IMG/VR virus record: IMGVR_UViG_2861773553_000003
Coordinates: 1-64,000 of that record
Reading direction: 5' to 3' (one strand)
DNA from: a virus
Taxonomy: Duplodnaviria; Caudoviricetes
DNA: 64,000 nt
Shown here: positions 27,879 through 37,529 of the stretch, one piece after another
Numbering within the stretch: the first letter of the stretch is position 1
How the letters are laid out: every line of letters starts with the position of its first letter
Position numbers and translations under genes: made by a program
The notes under the pieces: model-generated
The model's database searches: none
What the model was told of the DNA's origin: nothing
Seen by the model: the letters and a program-made list of their open reading frames with translations, nothing else

Positions 27879-28697
27879 ATGTACGGCTACTACGCCGACC
27901 CGGCCGGCACCCTCGCCCTGGCCGCCCAGATCGCCGAGCATCTGGATGAGGGCTTCACCGCCCAGATGTGGCACGACGAGCAGGACGCCGCGCAGGTGGT
28001 CCTGCTGGTCAGCGGCCCGCTGCGCATCGCCGTCTACCACCGCACCGCCGCCGCCTTCCGCAACGGCCGGCTCACCTGTACCGGGGTCTCCCCGACGGAC
28101 ACGCTCCGGGCGTACGCCCGGCCGTACGGGCATTCCATCGAGGTCGCGATGGGACGGTCGGCCAAGTCCATCGCCGCCGACATCACCCGCAAGCTGCTAC
28201 CCGCCTACTGCCGCCAGATCGCCCGGGAACTGGAGTTCAGCGAACGGCGCGAGCGTCAGGAGGCCGCCGAGCGCGCCGAGGGCGACCGCCTGGCCGCGCG
28301 GCTGCCGCACGCCCGCCGAACCGCGCCCGACCGGCTCGACCTGGGCCTGGCCCGGCTCGACGTGCACAGCGACACGGACGGGCTGGCCTACACCCTCCAC
28401 CTGCGCCCCGGGGCCGACCTGATCGACCCGCTGGCCACGCTGCTGGCCGCCGCCCACGATCCCCCCGCGCCCGCCGTACTCGGCGACCTGGAGAACGGCG
28501 TCCTGGACGGCACCGCCGGCCTCGACGCCACCGCGGCCTATCTCGGCGCCGCACATCGGCACGAGCGCGACCGGGTCCTGCGGCTGCTGCGCGAGGGGAT
28601 CCCCGAGGACCCGGCCGCCGGACTGTCGCCCGACCAGCGCGCCGCCGTCCAGGCGTCCCTGGAGCGCTACGCCCGGGATCAGGGGTGGATCCCGTGA
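27879..28697 (+). CDS. Hypothetical protein
   Basis: GGAGG SD; GC3-biased frame. Confidence 0.7.
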   Translation: MYGYYADPAGTLALAAQIAEHLDEGFTAQMWHDEQDAAQVVLLVSGPLRIAVYHRTAAAFRNGRLTCTGVSPTDTLRAYARPYGHSIEVAMGRSAKSIAADITRKLLPAYCRQIARELEFSERRERQEAAERAEGDRLAARLPHARRTAPDRLDLGLARLDVHSDTDGLAYTLHLRPGADLIDPLATLLAAAHDPPAPAVLGDLENGVLDGTAGLDATAAYLGAAHRHERDRVLRLLREGIPEDPAAGLSPDQRAAVQASLERYARDQGWIP

Positions 28698-28987
28698 TCG
28701 GCCGCGCCCCCGTCATCGCCGGGGTGCGGGGCACCCGGCGCACCCGCCGGATCTTGACCGCCCTGCTCGTCCCGGCCTCGGCCCCGACCGTCCAGACGCT
28801 GGCACGCCTGGCCCAGGTCCGAAGCGACACCGCCTTCGGGATCTTGTCCAAGCTTCGCCACGCGCAATGGGTCCGCTGCGAGCACCAGCCCGCCCTGAAC
28901 GGAGCTCGTGCCCGCACCTACTACCAGCTCACCACGCATGGCCGCACGCACGCCCGCGTGCTGCTCGGCCTGACGGAGGTCCCATGA
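28694..28987 (+). CDS. PadR-like winged-helix protein
   Basis: LARLAQVRSDTAFGILSKL..WV..RTYYQLTTHGR. Confidence 0.65.
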   Translation: MIGRAPVIAGVRGTRRTRRILTALLVPASAPTVQTLARLAQVRSDTAFGILSKLRHAQWVRCEHQPALNGARARTYYQLTTHGRTHARVLLGLTEVP

Positions 28988-29051
28988 TCGCCGTCCGCGA
29001 CGCTCGTCGTGGCGCCCCGGCGCCGCACCCGCCCACCCCAGCGAGGCCACG

Positions 29052-29519
29052 ATGACCACCCCCTGCCCCATGTCCTATTTCGATGCCCTGCCGTGCGGGG
29101 CGCCGACCGTGGCCACGGTCGGCGCTGGCTGCGTCCACGAGCATGTGGACACCCTGCCGCTGTGCGCCGACTGCCTGGCCCTGCTGGAGGCCGGCGAGGT
29201 CATGTGCGGCCCGTGCGGCCGGGCCGGCCACACCTGCCCGATCCAGCCCTTGCCCGCATCCGGATCCCACCGACCCCTTGAGGGAGACGTCATGCCCCAC
29301 CCTGCCCCACCACCGCCGCTGCCCGGCGGCGTGAGCGCCGCCCACCTGGCGGCCGCCGTCGCCGAGGGCGAGCGCGCCCTGTGGGAGGCGGTCCGCCGCC
29401 ACTTTCCCGCCATCACCGGCGGGGATCTGCCCCCGGAGCTCGTCGTCGAGCTCGACCAGGCCCTCACCCGCGCCGTCGCGGCCTGGGTGCGGTGGAACGC
29501 CGACCCGGGGGGCGCCTGA
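29052..29519 (+). CDS. Cys-rich hypothetical protein (possibly two genes)
   Basis: GCVHEH..CADC..CGPC; an internal GGAG+ATG suggests a second start. Confidence 0.55.
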   Translation: MTTPCPMSYFDALPCGAPTVATVGAGCVHEHVDTLPLCADCLALLEAGEVMCGPCGRAGHTCPIQPLPASGSHRPLEGDVMPHPAPPPPLPGGVSAAHLAAAVAEGERALWEAVRRHFPAITGGDLPPELVVELDQALTRAVAAWVRWNADPGGA

Positions 29520-29740
29520 TGAACGCCTCGGCCTGCCAGGTCTGCGGCTGCCCCTGGGGCCGATACCCGATCCGGGTCGGCTGCGAGCACGAGCACCTGC
29601 AGACCCTGTCCGCCTGCAGGTGCTGCGTGCATCACCTGCGCGAGAACGACGAGGTCCTGTGCCAGCCCTGCCTGGAGGCACCGGAGCCGTACACCCACCC
29701 TTGCCGCCTGAGCCTGCTGGAGGAGCTGGCCCATGACTGA
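29519..29740 (+). CDS. Cys-rich small protein, paralogue of the previous N-terminus
   Basis: GCEHEH..CRCC..CQPC..HPC; TGATG overlap. Confidence 0.65.
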   Translation: MNASACQVCGCPWGRYPIRVGCEHEHLQTLSACRCCVHHLRENDEVLCQPCLEAPEPYTHPCRLSLLEELAHD

Positions 29741-30686
29741 GGGCCCCCCGCCCCCGGGCCGGCCGGACCTGCATCACAGCTTCGCGCTGGATGAGGCCGT
29801 ACGGCAGCTGATCGACGACGTCGCCGCCGTGTTCCAGTCCGGGCATCTGTCCGTGGCCCCGTCCCGTGCGCTGACCGAGCGGTTCGGGCGGCTGCGCGGC
29901 GACGTGCGGGACCTGCCCTACCAGACGCTCGACGTGCTGGCCGGGCACATCCTGGCCACCGATCCCCCCGCTCATCAGCTGGAGGAAGGCACGGTCGGCG
30001 TCTGCTGCGCCTGCATCCTGGCCCGGACCCGGCTGCCGTCCCACGAGGTGGCGGCGTGGCTGCTGCCCCACGGAGCGCTGATCGCGGCGTGCCTGGACCT
30101 GCACCACCTGGCGCGGCTGCGCGGCGAGTCCGTCCCCGACGAGCTGGCCGCCCTGGCCGCCGGGGACGAGAGGTTCGTGCAGGTCCTGCTGCCGCTGCTC
30201 ACCGTGGTCGCCGCCTACGCCCGGCACAGCGACGCGGCCCGGGCGCCAGCCTCGGGGCACCCCGACCAGCGGTGGAGTGAGCACGCCCCGCTCATCGCCG
30301 CCGTCACCTTCGCCGAGGATCTGGTGGCCCAGCTGCGCACCACCCCCCGGGCGGCGCCCTGGCACGACTCCGATGACGCGGCGATGAGGACGGCCACGGC
30401 CGTGCTGCACGAGCACGGCATCGGCGCCCTCACCTTCGGAATCTGGCATCTGGCCGGGTGGGTGAGCGAGCGGGCGGCGCCCGAGCATCGGCGCCGCGAC
30501 GGCCGGCCCGACCTGCGCGCGCTGACCCCGGTCACGCCGCGGTGCTGCGCCGCCTGCGCGCGTGCTCTGCGCCGGGCCGAGGCCTTCCTGGCGGGCGACC
30601 AGGCGGCCATACCCACTCCCGCCACCTACGTCCTGCTGGCCCAGGCGGCCAGCGCGATCCCCCTCCCGGAGGAACCCTCGCCATGA
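29733..30686 (+). CDS. Hypothetical protein
   Basis: Coupled to its neighbours; CCAC and CCAAC motifs. Confidence 0.65.
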   Translation: MTEGPPPPGRPDLHHSFALDEAVRQLIDDVAAVFQSGHLSVAPSRALTERFGRLRGDVRDLPYQTLDVLAGHILATDPPAHQLEEGTVGVCCACILARTRLPSHEVAAWLLPHGALIAACLDLHHLARLRGESVPDELAALAAGDERFVQVLLPLLTVVAAYARHSDAARAPASGHPDQRWSEHAPLIAAVTFAEDLVAQLRTTPRAAPWHDSDDAAMRTATAVLHEHGIGALTFGIWHLAGWVSERAAPEHRRRDGRPDLRALTPVTPRCCAACARALRRAEAFLAGDQAAIPTPATYVLLAQAASAIPLPEEPSP

Positions 30687-31174
30687 CCGCACCCGAACCG
30701 ACCGAATCCACCGAATCCACCGAACCCGCCGCGCCCGACGTCCTGGACCGCGCACGCACGCTGATCGCCACCAATGGCCTGTACAAGGGGCCCTTCGTGG
30801 ACCGGGATCAGCACCGCGCCGACGGACGGCCCTGGCGCGCGTGCGCGCTGTGCCCGGCCGGGGCCATCGCACTGGTCTGCGGCCTGGACCCGTGGGACTG
30901 GGTCCATCTGGGCCCGCCCGACCCCGCCCAGCGTGCCGCCGCCACGGCCCTGCTGCTCCTGCTGGAGCACCTGCAGCGCCGGGGACAGATCCCGGTGGTC
31001 GAGACCCACCCGCTGCGCCTGGTGGGCGAGTGGACCGACGCGCCGCAGCGTACGGCCACCGACGTCCTCATCGAGCTGCGCCTGGCGGCCGAGTACGGCC
31101 GCGAGCAGCCCGTGCCCGACCCCGACGACCTGGAGCGGCCGGCCCCGCCCCAGTCCGATCCCACGGAGGAATGA
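30683..31174 (+). CDS. DUF6197-like protein (paralogue 1 of 3)
   Basis: VLDRARTLIATNGLYKG...CPAGAI...WTD..RTATDV. Confidence 0.65.
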   Translation: MTAPEPTESTESTEPAAPDVLDRARTLIATNGLYKGPFVDRDQHRADGRPWRACALCPAGAIALVCGLDPWDWVHLGPPDPAQRAAATALLLLLEHLQRRGQIPVVETHPLRLVGEWTDAPQRTATDVLIELRLAAEYGREQPVPDPDDLERPAPPQSDPTEE

Positions 31175-31617
31175 TGGACCGCACCCCGCAGGCGGTGCTC
31201 ACGAGCGCCCTCGATGTGCTGCGCACCCAGGGTCTGGTGTGCGGCGCGTACTACGATCGCGATCAGGACGACCTCCCACCGGCCCGGCGGCGAGTCTGCC
31301 CGATGGGCGCCATCGCCGTGGCCTGCGGCCACGAGCCGGACCTGTGGCTGGACCTGGACCCCGACAAGCGCGAGCTGTGGGAGAACGAGCCCTCCATCCG
31401 GGCCGCGTTCGGCGCCGCCTGGGCCCTGGTCCGCGAGCTGCGGGATCGTGATCGTCTCGCCGCGCCGGTGCGAACCCGGGGCGAGATCCACGTGACGGTG
31501 ATCCACTGGGTGGACTACGTCGCGCAGAGCAAGGGCGAGATCCTGGAGGTGATGCGGGCCGCCGCGCGGCGCACCGACGACCAGGGCCTCCCGCTGCTGT
31601 GGCGGGAGGCGGCGTGA
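31171..31617 (+). CDS. DUF6197-like protein (paralogue 2 of 3)
   Basis: VLTSALDVLRTQGLVCG...CPMGAI...WVD...MRAAA. Confidence 0.65.
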   Translation: MMDRTPQAVLTSALDVLRTQGLVCGAYYDRDQDDLPPARRRVCPMGAIAVACGHEPDLWLDLDPDKRELWENEPSIRAAFGAAWALVRELRDRDRLAAPVRTRGEIHVTVIHWVDYVAQSKGEILEVMRAAARRTDDQGLPLLWREAA

Positions 31618-32018
31618 GCGGCGATCTCGTCCTGGACTCCACCGCCGTCCTGCAGCGCGCCGCCGATCATCTGGACCGGTACGGGATGGTCTACTTCCTG
31701 TACACCTCGCCCTTGGGGGCCACGCGATTGGCCGAGCAGAGCATGTGCCCGGTGGGGGCGATCCGGCACTCCAGCGGCCTGCACCCGGACCCCGACCACC
31801 CCGGGGCCGACGAGGATCCGCAGCGGCTGATCCTGGCCGAGACCGCCGTGCGCCGCCTGGCGGCGTGCGCACCGGTGCCCATGCGCCGCGACCCGGTCAA
31901 GGCCGTGCTGGCGTGGGTGGACCGTCGCCTGCCCAGCCGGGCGGAGGTCGTGTCCTACCTGCGGCAGGCCGCCGCCGACCCGTCTCCTCCCGGCCCCGTG
32001 CCGATCGTCCCGGTCTGA
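31614..32018 (+). CDS. DUF6197-like protein (paralogue 3 of 3)
   Basis: VLQRAADHLDRYG...CPVGAI...WVD...LRQAA. Confidence 0.65.
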   Translation: MSGDLVLDSTAVLQRAADHLDRYGMVYFLYTSPLGATRLAEQSMCPVGAIRHSSGLHPDPDHPGADEDPQRLILAETAVRRLAACAPVPMRRDPVKAVLAWVDRRLPSRAEVVSYLRQAAADPSPPGPVPIVPV

Positions 32019-32040
32019 CCGGGTGCGACCTACCATGGAG

Positions 32041-32062
32041 CCGCACGCGTCCGTGCGTGCGG
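32041..32062. promoter_or_regulatory. Dispersed palindrome CCGCACGC-N6-GCGTGCGG (representative copy)
   Basis: Perfect copies start at 32041, 39135, 47726, 56712, 59845, 60825 and 63545; one-mismatch copies at 3898, 15090, 27265, 28942 and 46744. Confidence 0.75.
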
Positions 32063-32095
32063 CTCCATGTGCGAATATTCGGGGAGGCCGGGGAG

Positions 32096-32782
32096 ATGGC
32101 CGAGTGCGCGCGACCGCGCTGCCGTATCGAGGGGGAACCGCGGGCGGCCGAGCCGCCGGCCGTGCTGTGCCGGGTGTGCGTCGCCCGGCTGCGGCGCGAT
32201 CTGGATTGCATGGGGGCGCTGGGGAACTGGCTGGCCGCGCATGTGGCCGCCGGGGGCCGGCGCGGTGCCCGCGAGTACGTCTCCGGCTCCCAGGAGCCGG
32301 GCCTGCCGGTACGGCCGGAGGTGCTGTCGGCGCTGCTGCCCGGAGCGCCCGGCCCGGTCCAGGATCCCTATGGGGATCAGTGCGGCCCGCCGTCCTTCCC
32401 CGGGACCCTCGCCTCCTGGGCCCAGCTGGTGGCCGGGGAGCGCCAGGTGCATCCGCCCGGATCGGCCGACCTGCGCGAGCTGGGCAGCTGGCTGGCCGGT
32501 CACCTGGACTGGAGCATCACCCGGCCCTGGGCGGGGGACTACGCCGGCGAGCTGGACACGCTGCGGCACACCGCGTACGGGATCGAGCCGTGGGGGCTGC
32601 ACGTGCAGCCCAAGGTCGGCCCCTGTCCCGGCTGTGATCGGCGGTCGCTGATCCGGGTGGCCGGGGAACGTTACATCGAGTGCTCCGAGCTCCTCGGCGG
32701 CTGCGCGGCGCTGTGGACCGAGGCGGAGTACCACCGCCGGGTCGCGGCGCTGGTGACCACGGGAGGGGGTGACCTACAGTGA
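32096..32782 (+). CDS. Actinophage-type Zn-finger protein (possible transcription regulator)
   Basis: C..C..LCRVC at the N-terminus; WLAGHLDW; GPCPGC...IEC...C..W at the C-terminus. Confidence 0.6.
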   Translation: MAECARPRCRIEGEPRAAEPPAVLCRVCVARLRRDLDCMGALGNWLAAHVAAGGRRGAREYVSGSQEPGLPVRPEVLSALLPGAPGPVQDPYGDQCGPPSFPGTLASWAQLVAGERQVHPPGSADLRELGSWLAGHLDWSITRPWAGDYAGELDTLRHTAYGIEPWGLHVQPKVGPCPGCDRRSLIRVAGERYIECSELLGGCAALWTEAEYHRRVAALVTTGGGDLQ

Positions 32783-33198
32783 GCATCATGACCGATTCGC
32801 CGTCCACACGGTCTGTGGTGGAACCAGAACAGCTACGGGTGGACGGGGTGCGGCGGCTCATCGCCTCCGCCACGGCCTTCCATGAGGCGCTCGCCTTCCC
32901 GCTACGGGACCCGCAGACCGGCGATCCGGTGTGGGCCACCGCGTCCATGGCCGAGATCGTGCGCGGCTCGCACCTGGCCTTCGCGCGGCTGCTGCCTGCC
33001 GACCGTGCCGAGCAGGCCTCGGCCCGGCTGGAGCGGGCCACCCGGGAGCTGTACACCACGGTCCGCGAGCTCGCCCAGGTGCTGCCCGGCGCCAAGCAGG
33101 CCTGGATCGTGCCGATCCGCCGGATGTCGGAGATCACCGGGCTGACGGTGCACACTTTGCGGCAGATCGCGCTGTCCGACAGCGGCCCGCCGGCGTGA
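32779..33198 (+). CDS. Hypothetical protein with possible C-terminal HTH
   Basis: GTGA overlap; PIRRMSEITGLTVHTLRQI. Confidence 0.55.
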   Translation: MSIMTDSPSTRSVVEPEQLRVDGVRRLIASATAFHEALAFPLRDPQTGDPVWATASMAEIVRGSHLAFARLLPADRAEQASARLERATRELYTTVRELAQVLPGAKQAWIVPIRRMSEITGLTVHTLRQIALSDSGPPA

Positions 33199-33202
33199 CC
33201 GG

Positions 33203-33706
33203 TCAGGCCACGTCGAGGGCGGCGGCCTGGTCGAGGTCGGCCCAGGTCCGCAGACCCGGGGGCACGCAGCCGCAATACCCCCAGGCGGAGCTGAGCGCCG
33301 AGACCAGGTGCAGACCGGCGCCGTGCCCCAGCTGCGGGAAGTCGGTGTGCGGGCGGAGGACGGGGACCTGATCGGCGCCGGCGTCGTGCACCTCGATGCG
33401 CACGCCGCGCCGCAGCCGCCACAGCAGCACCGCGATCTGCCCGCCGAGGCGGGCGGTACGGCTGTGGCGCAGGCTGTTGGTCCACAGCTCGCTGACGATC
33501 AGGCGCGCGTCCGCGGCGAGGGCGGCGGGATAGCCCGCGCGGCGCAGGACCTGATCCACGAGGGCGCGCAGGTCCCCCAGCGCGGCGGCCTCGGCGCGGG
33601 TGGAGGCGCCGGTGAGCATCGCCACCGCCGGCGCCCGGCCGTGCCAATCGACCAGGTGCTCCATCGCCACGGCCGGCCCGGCCGGGCCGGTACGGACGGT
33701 GCTCAC
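33203..33706 (-). CDS. ATP-binding protein (HATPase_c-like, anti-sigma type)
   Basis: LIVSELWTNSLRH, IEVHDAG, GAGLHLVSALSSAWG. Confidence 0.85.
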   Translation of the reverse strand: MSTVRTGPAGPAVAMEHLVDWHGRAPAVAMLTGASTRAEAAALGDLRALVDQVLRRAGYPAALAADARLIVSELWTNSLRHSRTARLGGQIAVLLWRLRRGVRIEVHDAGADQVPVLRPHTDFPQLGHGAGLHLVSALSSAWGYCGCVPPGLRTWADLDQAAALDVA

Positions 33707-33936
33707 GAGCCGGCCCCGGATTCGGCGGAGCCGTCGAGCGCGTGGTCGGTGACGGGACGGGCGGGCAGGTCCTCGGGGAACGGGTGGGGAAGGCGCATGA
33801 CCTCCGCCAGCGTGGGAAGCTCGGGGGCGCGGACGACGCACCCGCCGCCGAAGCCGAGCCGCAGGCCATTGCCCAGGACGTCCGGGCGCGCGCCGCGAGG
33901 ACGCGCCGGAACGTGTGCGTAGTGGTCGGTGAGCAT
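33703..33936 (-). CDS. Small hypothetical protein
   Basis: GGGAG SD; GTGA overlap with the next gene. Confidence 0.45.
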   Translation of the reverse strand: MLTDHYAHVPARPRGARPDVLGNGLRLGFGGGCVVRAPELPTLAEVMRLPHPFPEDLPARPVTDHALDGSAESGAGS

Positions 33937-34489
33937 CGGAACTCTCCCAAGGTGAGCGGGATGTGGGGCCAGGGTCCGGCCGGGTCCGGCGCCGAGGGCC
34001 TCGGCGCCGGACGGCCCAGGAGGTGGGGCGGGGCTCGCGCCCAGGGCAACCGTCCGCACCCTCGCGGGCGCGAGCCCCGCGTGCGGCCGCATCGGGGGGC
34101 CCGGCACTGCCCTGGCCGGGGGAAGGTGCGGCCGCGCGCGGTCATGCGATGTGGGAAGACCCGCCGTCCTCGGGGCGAAGGCCGCGTCCACACGCGCACG
34201 ACCGAACTCAAGGGGGATCAGGGCGGGGGCCGGGGCGGCGGGGACCCGGCCTTGGTCGCCGCACGCAGCCGTGCGAGCGCCGCGCGGGCCATGGCGGCCG
34301 ACTGCCGCGCCATCTGCCGGCGCGTCCGCTCCAGATCCTCAGGGCCCGAGGCGGGTGACGGGCGGGGCGTGGCCGGGCCGCTCGTCGCGGGAACCGAATA
34401 CCCGTCACCCGCCGGGGGCGGCGACGGCGCGGCGGCCGAGCCGCACGCCGGGGAGTCAGTGAGCGGCATCGTCCCGCGCCGTCGCCGGA

Positions 34490-34735
34490 TCATGGGGTCA
34501 CCTCCCAGAGGTCGTCCAGCAGCCGCTCGCGCGCCGCCAGCACCGCGCGCATCTCGGCGACGCTGCCCGCGTCGGCGGTGGCCTTGCCCCCGCGCTGACG
34601 CTCCTGGACGGTCAGGCCGCGACGCAGCACCGCCCACAATCGCCCGTTTTTGTAGGTGCGGATGTGCCAGCGCGGGTGATCACGACATAGCGCGACAAAT
34701 GTGTCCGTCGTCATCACATGATCACGTCCCGTCAC
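34490..34735 (-). CDS. Small hypothetical protein
   Basis: HPRWHI..WAV...ATADAGSVAEM; divergent from the Xre gene. Confidence 0.55.
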   Translation of the reverse strand: MTGRDHVMTTDTFVALCRDHPRWHIRTYKNGRLWAVLRRGLTVQERQRGGKATADAGSVAEMRAVLAARERLLDDLWEVTP

Positions 34736-34898
34736 GGGTGGGGAGCGGGTCGAGCTGCCAAAGGTGACGCTGTGGTGATGGACCCATACTGGACTCTCGC
34801 ATAGAGGTTTTCAATGCGCGGTCCGCAATATGACGATTCTGTTCTAGCGCGTTGGGGCCGCGTAGGATTCAGTCGCACATCCAGCCAGGAGGAATGGC

Positions 34899-35792
34899 AT
34901 GCCCTCGTTCAGTCCGCCCGGGCCGCTGCTGCTGCGGCTGAGCATGGAGCTGCGCCGGGTGCGACTGGAGTCCGCCGAAGACAACCCCGCCCTGCGCAAT
35001 GTCACGGACGTGGAGAAGGCGCTCCGGTGGGGACGTGGCCGGCTGGCGGCCTGGGAGCGGGGCCAGTGGCAACGCCCGGACTACACGCTGATCACCGTCC
35101 TGCTGGACCACTACGGCACCGCCGATCCCGACCGCCAGCTGATCTTGACGCTGGTCGACGAGGCGCGGCGCACCCCCTGGTACAACAAGTACAAGGACGC
35201 CTTCCGCTCGGCCTATCCCGGCTTCGAGGCGGCCGCCTCCCAGCTGCGCTTGATCGAGCTGATGCGCGTGCCGGGCTTGTTCCAGACCGCCGAGTACGCC
35301 GCCCACATGGTCCGCAGTGGACAGGCACTGAGTGACGATGTGGTGCAGCAGCGGGTCGAGGCACGCCTGGCCCGCCAGAACGCCATTCTCAACCGAGAGG
35401 AGCCGCCCCAGATATCGGTAGTGATCGACGAATCAGCGCTGCGTAAACGGGTGGGCGGACCCAAGGTGATGGCCGATCAGGCTCGGCATTTGTTCGAGCT
35501 GAGCGTGCGGGGCCATATCCAGCTGCAGGTCCTCCCCGACGAGTCCGGCCCGTACCTGGCCATGCACTCCAGCTTCGTGATGCTGGACTTCCCGTACGGC
35601 ATGCCGCCGAGCATGGTGTTCGTGGAATTGGCCAGTCACGACCTCTACCTCGACGGGCCGTCCGAGGTTCAAAGGCATACCCTCGTATTCAATCAGGCCA
35701 GTCTGCTGGCGCTGACGCCCGAGCAGACGCGCGCATGGCTGGCCACGCGTGTAGACCAACTCGAACAACGTAAGGGCGATCATGGACCGTAG
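34899..35792 (+). CDS. Xre-HTH + DUF5753 regulator (WhiJ/Scr1-like)
   Basis: ELRRVR..WERG, VPGLFQTAEYA, RLARQ, VIDESALR, IQLQVLP. Confidence 0.85.
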   Translation: MPSFSPPGPLLLRLSMELRRVRLESAEDNPALRNVTDVEKALRWGRGRLAAWERGQWQRPDYTLITVLLDHYGTADPDRQLILTLVDEARRTPWYNKYKDAFRSAYPGFEAAASQLRLIELMRVPGLFQTAEYAAHMVRSGQALSDDVVQQRVEARLARQNAILNREEPPQISVVIDESALRKRVGGPKVMADQARHLFELSVRGHIQLQVLPDESGPYLAMHSSFVMLDFPYGMPPSMVFVELASHDLYLDGPSEVQRHTLVFNQASLLALTPEQTRAWLATRVDQLEQRKGDHGP

Positions 35793-35997
35793 CACGTCCC
35801 ACGATCAGCTCCGCTGGCGCAAGAGCCGCTACAGCGGAGACGCATCCAACTGCGTGGAACTGGCCCCGAGCACCGACGGTAGCGGCGCGGTGCACGTCCG
35901 GGACAGCAAGAATCCCACCGGGCCGGCCCTGCGCTTCGGCGCGGGCTCCTGGGCGTCGTTCGTCCGGAGCGTCAAGAACGGCGACTTCGACCGGTAA
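35782..35997 (+). CDS. DUF397 protein
   Basis: WRKSRYS..NCVELA..VRDSKNP.GPAL.F..W..F. Confidence 0.9.
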   Translation: MDRSTSHDQLRWRKSRYSGDASNCVELAPSTDGSGAVHVRDSKNPTGPALRFGAGSWASFVRSVKNGDFDR

Positions 35998-36014
35998 CGA
36001 CGGGTTCGCAAGGT

Positions 36015-36043
36015 TCAGGCCCCCCACGACGTGGGGGGCCTGA
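36015..36043. terminator. Hairpin after DUF397
   Basis: TCAGGCCCCCCACG-A-CGTGGGGGGCCTGA. Confidence 0.65.
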
Positions 36044-36220
36044 GGACCGTAGCTCTGTCAGGATATGCCCGGCGCTACTGTCGGGACGAGGGTTGACAGG
36101 CGCGGCAGGAGCGCCGCCGCAGCTCACCGCCCGAACGCCGACTCAACGATGCATTACAACCTCGTCGCGATCAGTGAAATTTACAGGGCGTGCCCCTACC
36201 GGGCAGTCACAATCGCGTGC

Positions 36221-37060
36221 ATGGCGCGCATTTCCCCGCCCGAATTGGCCCGTGAACTCGGGGAACTCCTGCGCAGCCTGCGCCGGGCGCAGAATCTGAC
36301 GATGACGCAGGTGGCGCATCGGACCGGTGTCAGCGCCGCCAAGCTCAGCCGCATCGAGACGGCCACGTTCCGGCCGCAGCGGGACGTCGTCGAGGCCGTC
36401 CTTGCGGTGTACGGCGCGGATGAGGAGACCCGCCGGCACTGCGTCGCCCTGACCGACGGAGCCCTGGCCGAGCCGTGGTGGGCGCCCTACAAGGCGGTGC
36501 TGCCGGGCCGGTTCGCGGCCCTGGAGACCGCCGCGGTGCGGATCTGCACCTGGCAGCCGCTGCTGCTGCCGGGGCTGGTCCAGACCCCGGACTACACCCG
36601 GGCGGTCTTCGCCGCCGCCGGTTCCCCGCCCCAGGTGACCGAGCTGGCGGTGACCGCGCGGCAGATGCGTCAGCGCGTGCAGCTGAGCGGGCCGGACGCG
36701 CTGCGGCTGCGCATGGTGCTGTGGGAGCCGCTGCTGCGGCGCCGGATCCTGCCCTCGCCGCTGTGGGCCGCGCAGTTGTCCGCCCTGGCCGAGTGCGCGA
36801 GCCGGCCGAACCTCAGCGTGCGGGTACTGCCCGAGCGCCCGCATGGGCATCCGGGCCTGGAGGGCGGCTTCTCGGTGCTGGAGCTGCCTCATGATCGGCG
36901 TGTCGTGCACACCGAGGGGGGTCCGGCCGAGTCGATCATCGATACGATCCCCTCCGTTGCTGAGTTCGACCGGCGATACCGGTGGCTGGAAGCGCACGCG
37001 CTCCCTACGGGGGAGTCGGCGGTACTGATCGCCAAGATCGCGAGGGAGATCAGGTGCTGA
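36221..37060 (+). CDS. Second Xre-HTH + DUF5753 regulator
   Basis: LRSLRR..SAAKLSRIET, LPGLVQTPDY, RQMRQ. Confidence 0.85.
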   Translation: MARISPPELARELGELLRSLRRAQNLTMTQVAHRTGVSAAKLSRIETATFRPQRDVVEAVLAVYGADEETRRHCVALTDGALAEPWWAPYKAVLPGRFAALETAAVRICTWQPLLLPGLVQTPDYTRAVFAAAGSPPQVTELAVTARQMRQRVQLSGPDALRLRMVLWEPLLRRRILPSPLWAAQLSALAECASRPNLSVRVLPERPHGHPGLEGGFSVLELPHDRRVVHTEGGPAESIIDTIPSVAEFDRRYRWLEAHALPTGESAVLIAKIAREIRC

Positions 37061-37239
37061 CACACGACTGGCTCACCGCCTCCGACGTCGGGACGGGCTG
37101 CCTGCAGGCCCGCCTCGACGAGCACGGGCGGGTGCTGGTGCGCAACACCACAGGCGGCCCGTCCGTGGTGGCGACGGCGCCCGAGTGGCGGGTGTTCGTC
37201 CGCGAGGTCAAGACGGGGGCGTTCGACCTGCCGTCCTAA
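37054..37239 (+). CDS. Divergent DUF397-like protein
   Basis: W...C...VLVRNT..P....EWRVFVREVKTGAFD. Confidence 0.65.
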   Translation: MLTHDWLTASDVGTGCLQARLDEHGRVLVRNTTGGPSVVATAPEWRVFVREVKTGAFDLPS

Positions 37240-37289
37240 CGAGCCCCGGTCCCGCCGGCCCGCTGGCGGGACCGGGGACCAGTCGCAGA

Positions 37290-37529
37290 TCAGCGCAGGT
37301 CGGCGCCGTGCTTCAGTCCGAGCTCATAGGCCTGGCGCACGGACTGGGCGCGGGCGAGCAGCGAGTACATGGCCAGTACCGCGGCCAGGTTCGCGCACGC
37401 CGAGAACAGCGCCAGGGGCAGGTGGCGGGACTCCCACCACCCATTGATCGCGATATCGAGGATGAGGATCGCGACCGCAGCCGAGGCGGCAACCACCGCC
37501 AGAGCCCCCGTGAGCGTGGACCGACTCAT
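37290..37529 (-). CDS. Small two-helix membrane protein
   Basis: Two hydrophobic segments; lies downstream of the repressor. Confidence 0.5.
   Translation of the reverse strand: MSRSTLTGALAVVAASAAVAILILDIAINGWWESRHLPLALFSACANLAAVLAMYSLLARAQSVRQAYELGLKHGADLR

Noticed and set aside
28929-30872. Long antisense ORFs (this 647-aa one, 10277-11851, 47566-49467, 18534-19871 and others)
   Set aside because: Shadow frames of GC3-biased genes on the other strand, with no recognisable motifs
2131-34280. Two-mismatch versions of the N6 palindrome at 2131, 6872 and 34259
   Set aside because: All lie inside ORFs and are plausible by chance at this GC content; not counted
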